NCBI GenBank assembly: GCA_037447605.1
Contig: CM074817.1
Location: forward strand, 620,001 to 684,000
DNA: 64,000 nucleotides
Direction of reading: 5' to 3'
Origin: Zygnema circumcarinatum SAG 698-1b
Taxonomy: Eukaryota; Plantae; Zygnematophyceae
Position 1 is the stretch's first letter. The number at the start of each line of letters is the position of its first letter. Below the pieces are notes generated by a model. The model saw nothing but the letters and a program-made list of their open reading frames with translations, searched no databases and was not told the DNA's origin. Made by a program: the position numbers and the translations under genes. Below are positions 35,804-59,300 of this stretch, in pieces.

Positions 35804-37079
35804 GGCTCCCTCCCTCCCTTTCTGCATCCCTCGCTCGCTCCCGCGTCCCTCCCTCCCTCTCCGCCCGCCGCTCCCGCCCCCGCGGCCGCCAGTGTTTGTG
35901 CCGCGGATAAACGCAGGACGGCGGCGTCTGTCGCCACTTGGCCGTACGCATGACAGGATGGCGCCAGGCGATGCCGCCGCGCTGGCAGACACGTGGCGCC
36001 GCCCCGCGCGGCGGAGAAGCGAATCTGTGAAATCCGCCGACCGCGCTCCGCCAATCAGCGTGCGGCAATCAAATCCTTTGTCGTGGAGCGAAACTCAGAT
36101 TTTCCCCTTGTTGGAGGCCGCCCTTCTGTACCAAAATACCGAACAGGTTGAGAAAAAAAGAAATTAAAGATTTTGGCGTGCGCCTGCTTGTGGCGTGAGA
36201 GGCGCATTTTCAAATGTGCAGTTCTTGGACCAGTGAGCCTTGCCTGCGGCTGTGGAAACCACGGAAAGTTGCACTTTGTGTTGAAGTTCATATCTGAATC
36301 GACTCGACTCTCCAAAAGAATCAAATTTAGTCATTTTTTTGTGAATCACAGCACGGGGTGAAAGAGGAGGACTCGAACTCTGATGCTTCATTCGTCGTTA
36401 GACATGCCAGCAATGTGAGAGAAGTTGTGGTCTTAAATTTGCTGCAAGAGGGGTGCACGATTGTTGATGGATGGATCGCTCGCTTTCTTGACTTTCCAAA
36501 TGGGTGATGACCAGGCCTCCTCAAATAGGGGATTTTGGCCTAAGATAGGGGACTGTCTGTGACTTTACAAGTACAAGAAATGTACAAAAAATCGAATCCC
36601 TTGTTGTGCCTAGGCGTAGTTTTCCGCTCTTAGCTTCGTTCTATTGTGCTCAGGTCCTTTGCGAGCAGTCCCTCGTGGTTCCACATCATGCATTTGTCCA
36701 ACTACATTTGATGGCCTCGCCATCGTGAGTTCAATGAAATTCCCTTTCCTTTTTTAATTCCATTGAACGAAACTCAAAAGTTTCCCTTAAATGAGTTAAA
36801 CGCGGGTTTTAGGGGAATTCCCTTATTTGTCGATGCCGTCCGTCCGTCCGTCCGTCCGTGTGCGAATACCTGCAGCCTCGCTGGGTGTACGGACGGCCGC
36901 CTCCGCCGCTTGCGCCTGGACCCGACCCGGCGGGCCGTACGGCCCGTGACCCCCTGCCCTGCGCGTGCCGCCGCGTGGGGGCGGCGTGGCGACTCCCACG
37001 GCGCATACCGGTGCAGTACACGAGACGGGGGGATTAACCCTCCCTCAGATTTTGAAAATTCAATTTTTATTTTATTTTA

Positions 37080-37787
37080 GGAGGCGACTATTTACAGTGT
37101 CCTTTTTCTGAATGTAGTGTACGTTTTCGCCGGGCAGCAAAAAAAAGGATTTTTTTGGCGAAAAAATGCTGTTTCATACTTTTCAGAATAGATACAGACC
37201 TTTTTTCGTCGGATGTACGGATGGTGATTTGAAATGTACGAAGCGCGCGCGTCTACTATCTGTAAGTATGAGGGCGCAACACGTGGAGCGACATGATTGG
37301 TCGCGGCAACATATGACGTGACAAGTATGTTTGGGACCGCGACGTGACGAAACGAGACGCGACAAAAGTGGAGTCCGTGGACGGCAGTCGGAAATGGCGG
37401 GAATTAAAACTGACAGAAAAAGATAGGGCACATAACGTAGCGTGTTTCAGGAAAAATCTGTCAGTTTTAATTCCCGCCATTTCCGACTGCCCTCCGCGGA
37501 CTCCATTTTTTTCACGTCTCGTTTCGTCACGTCACGGTCCCAAACATACTTGTCACGTCATACGTCGCCGCGACCAATCATGTCGCTCCACGTGTTGCGC
37601 CCTCATACTTAGTAGACGCGCGCGATTCGTACATTTCAAATCACCATCCGTACATCCGACGAAAAAAGGTCTGTATCTATTCTGAAAAGTATGAAACAGC
37701 ATTTTTCGCCAAAAAAATCCTTTTTTTTGCTGCCCGGCGAAAACGTACACTACATTCAGAAAAAGGACACTGTAAATAGTCGCCCCC
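37080..37787. mobile_element. Foldback / Mutator-like non-autonomous element, 708 bp, with about 335-bp terminal inverted repeats
   Basis: Left arm 37080-37417 and right arm 37457-37787 are near-perfect reverse complements (GG(A/G)GGCGACTATTTACAGTGTCC...), spacer about 39 bp. Exact 8-bp TSD TTATTTTA at 37072-37079 and 37788-37795. Confidence 0.88.
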
Positions 37788-38832
37788 TTATTTTATCTTT
37801 TGTTTTCTATGTTGAAAGGGAGCTTAACCAGCCCTTAGCAGAAATCCTGGACCCGGTCCTGGTTGTTAGGGCCTATCAATCATTTGGGACCGATTTTGTC
37901 CATAGTTGATGGTTTTGCCTCAGTGGACTTACAGCCAATTCAGTTCACCACCGATAGAATGCGGGCACAACGCAGCGATCATGGGCGCGGCACAGCACTG
38001 CACTGCAGTGCGCGCGTGCAGGATGGCGCCGGCACGAAAGGTTCCGAATGGTGGCACAGTTTCAGCCGGTATTTCAGTGGTTTCTTCATTTTGCTCCGAA
38101 TATCTTGCATTTTTCAGTCGTTTCATTTTTTATTTCACCCTGTAATCCAAGAAAACAATTGTAGAAAATGGATATGTCAATCCAACAAAACAACAACAAA
38201 AAAAAAAACAAAAAAACAACAAATACAAAAAAAATGTTGAAAATTGAATCGTTTAATTTTGTCTCGTCACGGGGCACGGCGTAGAGGGAGTGCACGTGCC
38301 CCAGGGCACAGGTCTTGAGGGTGCCGTGCCCCCAGCCATGATCGGGATCCTCGCAGCTGCGGCGGCTTGAGCTTGAGCCTGAGCTTGACTGCGCGGTCGG
38401 TCGGGCCCTCGCAAGTTGCACGCGACGCCAGTGAGCGAGGCAGGCGCTGCGGCTCCGCTGCAACTTGCGGTGTTGAGTCGGCGCATGACCGGACGGACGG
38501 TGACGGGCACGCGCGCGAGCATGTCGCAGATTGCCCGATCGATGGACGGATGGATGGATTTGTTGGACATCCACCCATGGATCTCTCTCTAGCCGTGTCT
38601 CCTCCACCTGACTCTCCAGTCCCAGACATCTCAGACATGAGACAGGCTTAACAGATTGGAAAAAAGCCCCACCGGCCCAAAACTCTTGTTTTCAATAAAT
38701 AAGTACAAGACATGTACAGCAGTGCCACTCTACTAGCTCCTGCCTGCACTAATCCGCATATATTCCCATGAACAGCTTCACTGCTATAGCTCCGTATTAT
38801 ACACTTTGACGGCGGCGGCTGCGGCCGCGGTG

Positions 38833-38842
38833 NNNNNNNNNN
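38833..38842. other. Assembly gap (10 N) beside a poly-G run; further 10-N gaps at 51887-51896, 61719-61728 and 63859-63868
   Basis: Literal N runs, each adjoining G-rich or poly-G tracts. Confidence 0.99.
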
Positions 38843-38887
<45 letters not shown>

Positions 38888-40941
38888 ATTCAGTATTAAT
38901 ACTGTATTATACACTGTATAATACCTTAACGCAACTGTTAACAGCCGTACAATCGGAACATAGATACGTACGGAAATTATGTACGGAAAGGGTGTACCAA
39001 CATGTACGGACCAAATCACACGTGTTGAGTGTTTGGCAAGTGACGTGACTTGGCAAGTGCTGGAATTTCAATATTATAATCAATCTTTGTTCAATTAAGC
39101 ACGAAAATAAAAAAAATACGTTAAATACATTAAAAATACACTGTATTTTTAAATGTTGTATAATACGCATGTATTATACAGTGTATTAATACACGCGTTT
39201 GATACATACGGAGCTATATTCACTGCCTACAGCTAACCAGCAAGCTCTCTAAATGTTGCTAGATCGATTAAAGGATTCAAGCCCTCTAAATGTGCTTGTG
39301 CTTATGCGGCACAATTCCTGTACATCGGTACTGTCCGTGCAACCCGTACACCAAGTACCAATACTGTAGTACGGTGCTGTACGGTATATGGGGTTCCGTA
39401 CAATCGCCTCTCTGACATCTGCAAGGCACATCTTGATGATGTATGGGTACATCAAGGTGTTGGTACTTACTTCCTAGCATGAATGTTGTCCGGGAGGTAT
39501 TGGGACAATGTCCATGCATGAATGGTCATGTTTGGTCTAGGACCGAACATGGGGGGATGCCCGTATTGTTAGGGGCACGGTACGGCAGGTCTATGGAAGG
39601 TCTAGGGTCGTAGGTTTGCGGCTTGGGCTTAGACCGTACCAAAGGGGGTGCGCGGAATGGCGTCTGAACGGAGTGCGACCGTACGGACGGCGCGTGGCTG
39701 TACGGACGACGCAGAAACGTATGGACGCGGAGATCTTTGGAGCGAGAGGCGGATCTGCGCGAAGCGACATGATTGGTCAGTCTTCGTACGTGACGTGACG
39801 CATGGTTCGGCAATATCGCTGGAGGGATTGGAGATTTCGGCAGCGAGGATGCGCCACGTGAACCCTAAGTGCGGTCCGCTGCTCTGACGAGGTCAACTGA
39901 GAGGGGGATCGAGTCAGCACTTAAGGGGGCCGCGGACATGTACGGCTGAACGGCGGACGTGTACGGCCGGGCGGCTGAACAGTAAAGACGACCTTGTGTA
40001 GGTCGGTGCTGGCGTAGGTTTACGAGAGGCCGTGAAGCTGGCTGTTGAACGGCCTGCTGGACTGCATGCACTCGCTAGTGTGCCATTGACGTAACATTGG
40101 GTGGTCACGTCACGCCGGCCGCATTTGTTGAGAGGTAGGCAAGCTTGGCTCTCTTACTCTATCTGAATGTTATGCTGCTCGACCTCTGTTGTTTAGGAAG
40201 AGTAGGCAAAGGCTGAGGCCTAGAGGAGTCCGGCCTTGTGAATGAAGGTCGTGAAGAAACTAGCTCTCATCATGCTAAGCTTTAGTAAAGAAGTTAGGTG
40301 ATGTGTCCCTCATGTGTTGAGGTAAAGGAGTTCGTAGAACAACTAATGCTTGTATACTGAAGCTGGGGTGTAAGCTATTCATCAGAGGATAGGATAGCGC
40401 TCATGTGAGGAGGAGAATCTAGCATAAGGGCTTTATGTAGATTTCCTAAGGAGCTTGTATTACACTCATGAAAATTAAAAAGATTTAGGGCCGTGGGCTT
40501 TCTCATTACTACTGTCATTTGACATGTGGATTCCTTGTGTTAGACTGGCGTGGTGGATGAGTGGAGGCGACCATTGTATGGGCAAGCAGACGGCCAACTT
40601 GCAGAAGGGGTGTACCATACGCACTTGTTTGGGAGAACCACTTGCGATTGGCCAACATAGCAAAATGATGCACTTCTCGCGTGCCAATAAAGACAAACAA
40701 CTCATTTTTTTATATCATCCCAGCATTGGAGGGAACACATGAGTTCCAAAAAAAAAACACCTGATATTTAAAACACCAGCCAGTTCTTACAGAAATGAAA
40801 AATTCCAAAACCATACATCAGTAATGCAAAACTAAATACGACACCAATGTCGAGGAACACGACAACAACTTACAGCCTGATGAATTACGAAAAGCAACGA
40901 CAATTTCAATGTAGCAGACAGCTGTACTCAGTGGCGAACTC

Positions 40942-50809
<9,868 letters not shown>

Positions 50810-51981
50810 GGCTCCCTCTCCCCCTTCCTCGCTCGCTCCTTCCCTCCCTCGCTCCCTCGCTTCCTCTCCGCCCTTCACCTCCACGGCCGTATCCGCGCCA
50901 CTGCGATGGCGCCGCCGTATCTACATACGGCAGGCCGCAAGCGACAAAAGACGACACACTTGTACTGTCATACCGAAGATGGCGCCAATCGCCATGTGGC
51001 CGTATTCCTGACAGAGGCGCTTGCCCGCGCACACTTTCCGGCAGGCCTGTGGTCGCTCAAGCTGAATTTGGAGTTGCGTCTCGCGTCCGCCAATCAGCGC
51101 CTGTCGCACGGCGAGGCACAGCTGGCCAGCCGCGGCCGTACAGAGCATACGGTCTGATGCACGAGACTGGACGAAGCGGGCAGGCGGTTGTGTACGGTCG
51201 CGTTTGTCGGTTTTGGGTGGATCGACTCGCGGATATTATCTGTAGGGACTGTCAGACCTAGAAATCGCGAGGATCGCTGGAGGGATTAAGCGGCCATCGG
51301 GGATATAACGGAACGAGTACTCGGCATGGGGCGGGCAGGGCAACGAGGAAGGACGGCGCCCAGTATCAATACGTTGTTTCTGACGAGGATTTCTTTCCTC
51401 GTTCGAATTTGTTGTCTGATCATGCCTTGGTGATAATAGAACCAGTTGAGCGGAACTGCGCGGCGACGCACGGAGCAGAACGCGCCGCTGTTGGCTGCCC
51501 CGCTGCAGCGTGCAACTGGGAGGTCTGTTACTGAACTGGCATGAATCAGTTCGGATTGTTTGTTTGTAACAAAAATCGTCAACTAAGGTCGGACCACGGG
51601 ATCGCCAACCATTGGACAACCCTTTGGATGGCAATGGTTGGAAAGCCAGTGGTTGGCAGGTGCCAACCATTGTATGTCGGCAAACATTGGATGCCAACCA
51701 TTGGCAACTGTCCGCCCTGCGCCCAACCGTTCCCGTGCGAGCCGTCACCGCCACTTGTCACGGTCTGGCGCGGCCCGCGCGGGGACGGCTGCAGGGTGAC
51801 GGCTGGCAGCGCGAAGGGCGGGAGGGGAAGAGAAGCAGAGGGCGCGCTGAGGCAGGGAGGGAGGGAGGGAGGGAGGGAGGGAGGGGNNNNNNNNNNGGAG
51901 GGGAGGGGAGGGGAGGGACAAAAGGATGCAGCTTCCGTGCGCTCAGTTCTGTATTTAGGGTTTGCCGCACGCAGACCCGCC

Positions 51982-52621
51982 ATGGCGAGTCGCGGGAACT
52001 CCCCTGCAGGAGGCCCTGAGCATGTGCCAGCTGGCGCTTCCAGAGTGCAGCCCCCGACACAGGGCGGGGCTCCGCGGCGGGGGGGCATCATCGGGTTCCT
52101 GCTGCTCCCCGTGCGCGCTGCGCGGCGGGTGCTCCTGTGGGGGCGCGACGCGGACTTTGAGAAGCAGCTGCAGCACCTTTCCAAGGAGGAGGTGGCCGTG
52201 CACGCGCGCATCAAGCGCAGGGCCGGCACGTGGCGCAAGGTGGCGCGCATCATCGCCATCTACTCGCTCGTCATTGAGGTGGGGAAGAGGGAGGGAGTGG
52301 CTCGGGACAGGCGAATGAGAGGGAGAGTGAGAGGGAGTTGGGTGACGGGTCAGGGTGTGGGGGGGGTAGGGGAAGGAGGAGGGGAAAAAGAAAGGAAGCG
52401 GGGAATGGAGGGCAGGAACGGTGCGGGAGGGGGAGGGAGAGGGATGGAGGGCAGGGGGTATAGTTCACTCCTTCGATTTCCTCTGGAATTTGTTTGGTTT
52501 TTTCCGTCAGTTCTCCCGACTTGGCTAGGGTGGCTTTGGAACTCAATTGGTTTTAAGCTCTTGCATGGTTGCAGCTCAAATGTTTCAAATCTCCAGAGTT
52601 ATACCATATCTCTCTTTTTCT

Positions 52622-52700
<79 letters not shown>

Positions 52701-55153
52701 TCTCTCTCTCCACCCCCCCTTTTCACTTTTTTGTTCCTCTATTGCTCCATTCTTGACGCGGTTAAGGGTTGACCCCTTGTATAGTTTGCAAATTTTGAAC
52801 TCAAACTTCAGCGTCGTATATCATTTGAATAAGGCATCCACCAACTTGCTAATCAGTGGAAAAAGACGTTGTTTCAGCGTTATTGTTTTTGTCGTCTTTT
52901 TTGGTTGAGTTCTGACGTGGATTAGTTTCTTCTCGCCCAATGCACAAACATTGCGGCGGTGAAGGGCAGGTCGTGATTTTGGGCGTGGCGGTGATGATGA
53001 CGTGGTCAGGAACGCTGACCTGGGAGGCACGAGCATTACGAGTTCTGCCGGTTTTTCTCTTTCCGGCATTCTCTTTTTTTGTCTACGCCTGTCTCTCTCG
53101 ATTTAACCGCATGAGTATGTTCCCAGCAAACCCTACTTGTCTATACTTGTCTTCAACTACAGAAAATTCCAGCATTTCAGGCTGTTGAATTTCGTGTTTT
53201 TGCATTTTATCAGGCTGCATCCGTTCTGTGTGACTCAACTGTGCAACTACGTATGTATGAAGCTGGAAAAGGAATTGTCCTCTGTTGTTCCCTTGTATCC
53301 CTCCCACCTCTCGCTCTCCTCTCGCCCCTCACCCCGCTCTTGTTGTGCCTCTTTCTCTGCCGCTTTTGTTCTTGCATTCTCTCACACTTTTCCCCTCCCT
53401 TCCCCTTGCTCTCGGGCCCCCCTATATCGCTTTTCCCCTCGCCATCCCCACTTTTTTCACGCTCTCTGCTCCTCCCTCGTGACGTGGTGTTTCGCAACTG
53501 CAGGGGAGCGTCGAGATCATCAGATTTTGGAGAGGCTGCTGGACGAGAGGCAGGCGAAAATTGATGAGCTGAAGGAAAAGACGAATTATTACGCCACGCA
53601 GCAGCTCATTCAGGTATAGCTAAGGATGTCAGAACATTGAGGGACACCTTAAGAACCTTTCAAAGCCTAAAAAAGACATCCGAACTTTCATACAGGCATG
53701 CGAGCAGCTTAGACACGTTCAATTCCTCATAACCTCAATGTAAGGCAGGTTATTTATCCTATGCCACATTTCTTTACTAAGTACTTTTGAAGCGACTCGA
53801 ATAATATTGGAAACGTCAAGAGCTTCACAAATCCTAAACGGTTAAAAGACCCTTCAGAAACCTGTTTGCTTGGTTCTTTCAACAAACTCCAACAACCTCA
53901 AATTGCTTAAGGATAGCACAGATTGTCGGGTCACATGCCGCGGTACACTTACAAACACCTCCTTGCCTTCCAAAAGCAGGCGTGATGCCTGACGTCATGA
54001 GTATCAAAGTAAGTATCATAAAACATTCATGCCCTTTCTAGTGTTAAATGATCGATCTTGGAACCATGGATGCTGGCCCTGCAGCAATATGACACAGACC
54101 CTGCAGTGAAGGCCGCCGCTGCAAGTATTCTGGTTGCTAAACTCGGAGCGGGAGGCGGAGTGAAGGCGCATATTGTCATGCCTGGAACTGACACAAAGGC
54201 CATGTCAGCATCAGCAATAGCTGCAGCCACTGCAGGGACGCCACCTGGCACGACGTCAGGGGGCCGTGTTCGGGATGCAGTTGAGGAGGCAGAGGGGCTG
54301 CGGAGACGTAGAACGTCGAGCGCACCATTCGAAAAAACCAAGAGAGTTTCTGGAGATTTATTGAGAGAAACTACGGGCATTGTGGAAGACAATGGTTTCG
54401 TTTCGTCAAATGGAGTGTATTCAACAGAGAATGTGGATAGAGTTATGGAGAGAGGACTGGGAGGGTGGAGTGAGCCCATTCGTCCCGGAGTTGGCGAAAG
54501 GGACTGGGAGGACGAGGGGGAACGGTATATGGGCGAAAGGAGGGAGGTGGAGAGGGAGGTTGTGAGTGGGAGACAGATGAGTAGAAAGGAGGGAAAAGCG
54601 ACAATGGGAGGATGGGTTGCAAGGTTGGCAGCAATGCTGGTGGGAGAGGATCCGACTCAGTGCTATGCACTAATATGTCAGCAATGCCACATGCATAATG
54701 GTGAGGGAAAGTGTGTGGCTGTCATACCCGAAGGACTTAGAAGGGCATACAGAAAAATTGGTCTTGCTTGTGAATCAGACATAGAGAAGGTAAATCTTGC
54801 TCATCAGTTCATCTCAACTTCTTTTCTCATTGGTTTTGGAGTTGTGCGATTCATTCAATCGGATTGATGTTGTGCCAGGCCTTGCGAGGAAGGAGGACTA
54901 CCCGTACATCACATACTTCTGCCCGCGCTGCAACCACCTGAACAAGGCGGAGAATTACCGCGGGGATCGGATACAAAGCCAGGCTCCGTCGCCTCTTGAA
55001 AGAGCGAGAGTGAGACAAGAAAGCGATTTCCAGGTACACCAAGGGCCGGCGCCCAGAAGCTTGTCCTTTGGCGCAGCCGGTCAGGAGCTTGACGACGCCG
55101 AGGGAGACCTAATGCCTAATGCACCCAGTGAAGGCATCCGTGGAAATGAATAG
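51982..55153 (+). CDS. LNP: Lunapark (ER three-way-junction protein, two TM helices + C-terminal zinc ribbon), 5 exons, 480 aa
   Basis: Exons 51982-52278, 52970-53114, 53504-53613, 54085-54700, 54879-55153 sum to 1443 nt. Motifs DFEKQLQHLSKEE, KIDELKEKTNYYATQQLIQ-QYDTDP, WVARLAAMLVGEDPTQCYALICQQCHMHNGLARKEDYPYITYFCPRCNHLN. Confidence 0.93.
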
Positions 55154-56336
55154 TGAAATTTAAGCACTCAAATGTACAGTCTCGTTAATTTGGGGTTTTT
55201 AACATCTTTGACACCTTCATCACACGGTGTGTGACTTGTGGCGCGGGCCTCGTGATCCTGATGAGGGCCTGCCTATCGGAAGCCTTGCCTGTGCTAGCGT
55301 CTTGTTGAAAGTGGTGGGACGTGCATGGGTGGCATGTTGGTGCTCACACTCCTCTCAAGCTCCCTTCGACGTCGATGTCGCTCGCCGGACACCCTTCCGA
55401 GAGGGTCCATGCGGGCCATGCCATGCCATGCCATGCCGAGGCCAGCCCCTCCGTCCGCCCCCGTCTAAGCGGGCCACTTCCCGAGTCCCCAGTCGACCGT
55501 TGGTTGGTGCGCCTGTCCCCTCCAACGCTGCGCCAACGACTGGCCGTACGGTTCCTTGCCAGTCGCCAGCGGTTGGCCGTACGGTCCTGCGCCTCACCGA
55601 TCTCGCCTGTGCCGCCACCACGTCACGTATTGTCACGTCACTCGAGTGGTCTGTTCAATTTCGAACCTCCAAACCGCCGAATGTGTCTCGAAAAAGTGAT
55701 CGGGCAGCTTCTCCCCCCGCCGAGCACTATTTCCCGCCTGCCCGCGGGCCCGCTCCAATCGGCGACACGGCACTTCCGCCGTCGCCGCGACCTAGACAAA
55801 TTACAAATTGAGGCTCACCTGGTCCCTGGACGCGCGCTGCCGTAATTGTATTGTACCGCGCCAACATTTTGTACGCGAGTTGTGACCAGCACCAGCAGCG
55901 GCAGTGGCTGTCAGTCAGCGGCTCCCTCAGCGGGCAGGCCCGCCCGCCCTCACCTACCGTACGGCGGCCGGCCGTCCGCTGCAGGGCCGCCCGCCCGGAC
56001 GGAAGCGGAACATCGCGAGACGGGCGTGGGTGGGGGGAGACGGAGAGAGAGGGAGAGAGAGGGAGAGAGAGGCAGAGGGTGGGAGAGGGGAGGAGGGAGG
56101 GAAGTCTGGGGGAACCGCGGAGAGAGCAAGGAGAGAGGGAGAGAGTCAAGGAGGGAGAGAGAAATCTGGCGCTTCTCGTTTCTGGATCCTGAGTCGCCGT
56201 TGGAAGGAGAAGAGGGCCTTTTGGATTCTGTGTTATCAGGAGGTTGACTGTGCACGTCCAACCGCGGAAGAGGTGGAAAGGGCGAAAGAACAGCTGACTC
56301 TGTTTTCTGTTTTTTGGTCGATCCGTTTTCTTCAAC

Positions 56337-59300
56337 ATGAGTCGCTACGACAATCCGTTTGATTCTGGTGACAACAATCCTTTTGCGGTAAGTTGGAGAA
56401 ACCTCTTCAGTTCGTGTTCGGACGTAGTCGTCCATCCGTGTTTTTCTCCTTGCAGAATGCTTTTGGCGGATAAACGATGTATCGACAAGTGATAGCTCTA
56501 CAAGTGCAGACGTTCGCCACTGATTTAGCTCCTGATCCATTGATTTCAACTCCTTCTTCTCCTGCGTGATCAATCGGATTTTATTCTTAAGAGCAGTTGC
56601 ACTTCATGCAGGATTCTTGAGCATGTCCTTTGGTGATCAGATACAGTTGCAACTTTTTTCATTTTTTCTATTGTTCGTATCTCGCTCGTATGTTGGCATA
56701 AGGCAGATGAGACTGCGACTGCGCACTTGTTATGATTATTCTGAAACTGTTCCTTTCACGCTTTTCAGAACAGAAGCGATTGACATCGATTACGATCTTG
56801 TGCAGGATACGGCAGCGGGAAAAGCTAAAAGTGCAGCGCCAGCACCTGCATATAGTAATCTCGGAGGTCAATATGCGACAGGATCTTTCTACGATTCAGT
56901 AAGTTCAACCCCTAGCCTCGACTTGCCTGTGAGATGAGGATTTCCTGCCCGAAGCAGTGATTCGCGAGGTTAAGTTTTGTTTCTTTGTCTATTATGTTTT
57001 TGTTTATATTTTTACTATTCCCGAAGAGACTTTAAAATCGTATCAATGGTGAAAGTTCAGGAATTTGGTTACGTCTCTTCCTTTTGCTGTTTACAGCAAT
57101 TTTTTTTTAGGTCCTTCGCTGATGACCGTTGCTTTAGGGCTTTAAGGAAAGCAGAGAATCGTGCTGTGGTTCTTAAGAAAGGACGATTCTGTTTCGTGCA
57201 GACCCCCGGTGTCTCTCCAGCCAAGCCGGTTCCTCTCCCTCCAGAATCTGCGACGGGCATAGAGATCGATGTTCCTCTGGGAAGTACCAAAGTGAGTATT
57301 TGCGAATCATCTTTTCATTTTTCTCTTATCAAACAATCTCAACAATATCAGAGAACTTCGAAGCATGCACAATTCTGAACAACAGCATTGCATTAAATCG
57401 TCCATCACATTGGACAGTATTAAACATCTTCTGTTACTTATCAGTTCTGGTCAATAACATCAGTAGTGAATGATGCAACCTCAATGCTGACGATCTTGAG
57501 AAGTGACAATCGATTCTCTGTTCTAAAACCCATGGGCAGAAATTGTTTATTCTCTCATTCACTGGAAGTTTTGAACAATTCTGAACATTTCTGGACAACG
57601 CAACGCATTTGTGTTACCATTTTGATACAATGGCCGCTCAGAAAATGAATTTTATTCTTTCCTCTCTGTTTAATTTGGGATATTGGTTTAGGAGTTAAAG
57701 AGGAAGGAGAAAGAGCTTGCCGCAAAGGAGGCAGCGCTGAAGAAGAAGGAAGAGGTACATTTGATTCCTTTTTTGCGAATGGCAGTGGCGTGGTAGCATT
57801 GCACTGCATTGCCTTTTTCTCTCTTCGAGACATTTCCCTTAGTAATGAACTATTCTTGAACAGTCTCCTTTGTACGCCTCAAACCTCATGTCTGTTCTGG
57901 ATCTCGTTTGTCGTGCAGGAGCTGCGGAGGAGAGAGCAAGGTTAGATTTCTGTTACTGGAAAAGCTTCACAAATGTTTAAGTTGATCACTGGCGTTTGTG
58001 CATGCGTATGGGAGGAATAAGGAGCTGGTATATCACCTTCAGGGCCTTCTGCTATTTCGTTTTTGACTTTTTCAGATTTTTTAACTATCGGACGTAATGA
58101 GACCACTAAGTTGTATCGTTTTTCTGTGACTGGATCCACAGCGGCTGGGATTGATCACAAGAACTGGCCACCGTTCTTTCCTATTCTTCACCATGACATT
58201 GCGAATGACATTCCGTCACATTTGCAGTTCGTACAGCGAATGGCCTATTGGAGCTGGCTAGGTCGGCCTTTTTCCCTCTCTCTGTTCCTTGTTTCCCTTT
58301 CTCTATCTCTCTCTCTCTACCTCTCTCTCCGCCCCCATATACACAATGTAATTGAACAAAACTTGCTTTTGCTACCTTCACGCGGTAGGCAATTCGTTCC
58401 TTTCATCTGGAGCTGCACTCGAATAATCTTCTGTTTCGTTTTCTTTCTTTCACCAGCCCTCGTCCATTGTTATTCTCGTTTTTCCACTTGCTCTTCCCTT
58501 TTGACAATCTCGTAGACCCTTGGAGAATGCTGAATGGCTTGGAATCCACACCTACAAGCCTGTGAAGGGCTTGTTTACTTGCCCTTCTGATTACATCCGT
58601 CCCTCTGTTATCCTCCTCTCCATCTTTATCTCCTTAGGCTTCTAGATCTAGGACATTCACTTTGCATTAATGACCAAAAGTTTTTGGAAAATGTGTTGAA
58701 TTTGGGAACTGGCTCGCGTGCAGGCATCATGATCTGTTTGCTCTACAATGTCATTGGTGTGGGATCAGCGTGGATCGGGGGTGCTGTAGGTGGCTCTTCA
58801 GGTGAGATCCTTGCGCTTTTCAGTGCTTGCGGAGAATCTGGTGTTCAACTTCTTCGTTCTGCCTCCCTCACTATCTACCCTTTTCTATCTTTAACTTTCC
58901 TTTATATTCTTCTTGTTGCCTCTGCCTCCTCTATCTTATTCCTCGTCCTCTGTCACTCTCTATTTTCTTCCTTTGTTGCCTTGCACTTCGTTTTCTGTGA
59001 AGAACTTGCTTCTTGTGGGGGATTCTCCGCTTAAACCTAATAGGAACAGACAGTTCGCAGATCTCTTATCACATAACATATACATATGTTTTATTTTTAC
59101 GTGCAAGTCCGGCCTTTAATCGTCATTCTGAGAGAGGACGAGAGGGCTGAGATGTGGGAAGTAGACGAGAGAAAAGAGGTCAACATGTATGCAGCAGCAT
59201 GGAGCTGCCAGTTTCCCAGTAGCTGCAGAACCAGGAAAAGCGCTTGCATGAGAGGCTAAATAACTTGAATTTTCAAAAAGTGAAAACATACATTTTTGCG

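Noticed and set aside
38843-38886. Poly-G runs beside N gaps (also 61696-61733) as G-quadruplex elements
   Set aside because: Lengths are unreliable; poly-G next to gaps is a typical sequencing dropout signature.
51541-52908. 455-aa ORF as one long Lunapark exon
   Set aside because: It crosses an N gap and low-complexity intron; only 51982-52278 is supported by motifs and a GT donor.
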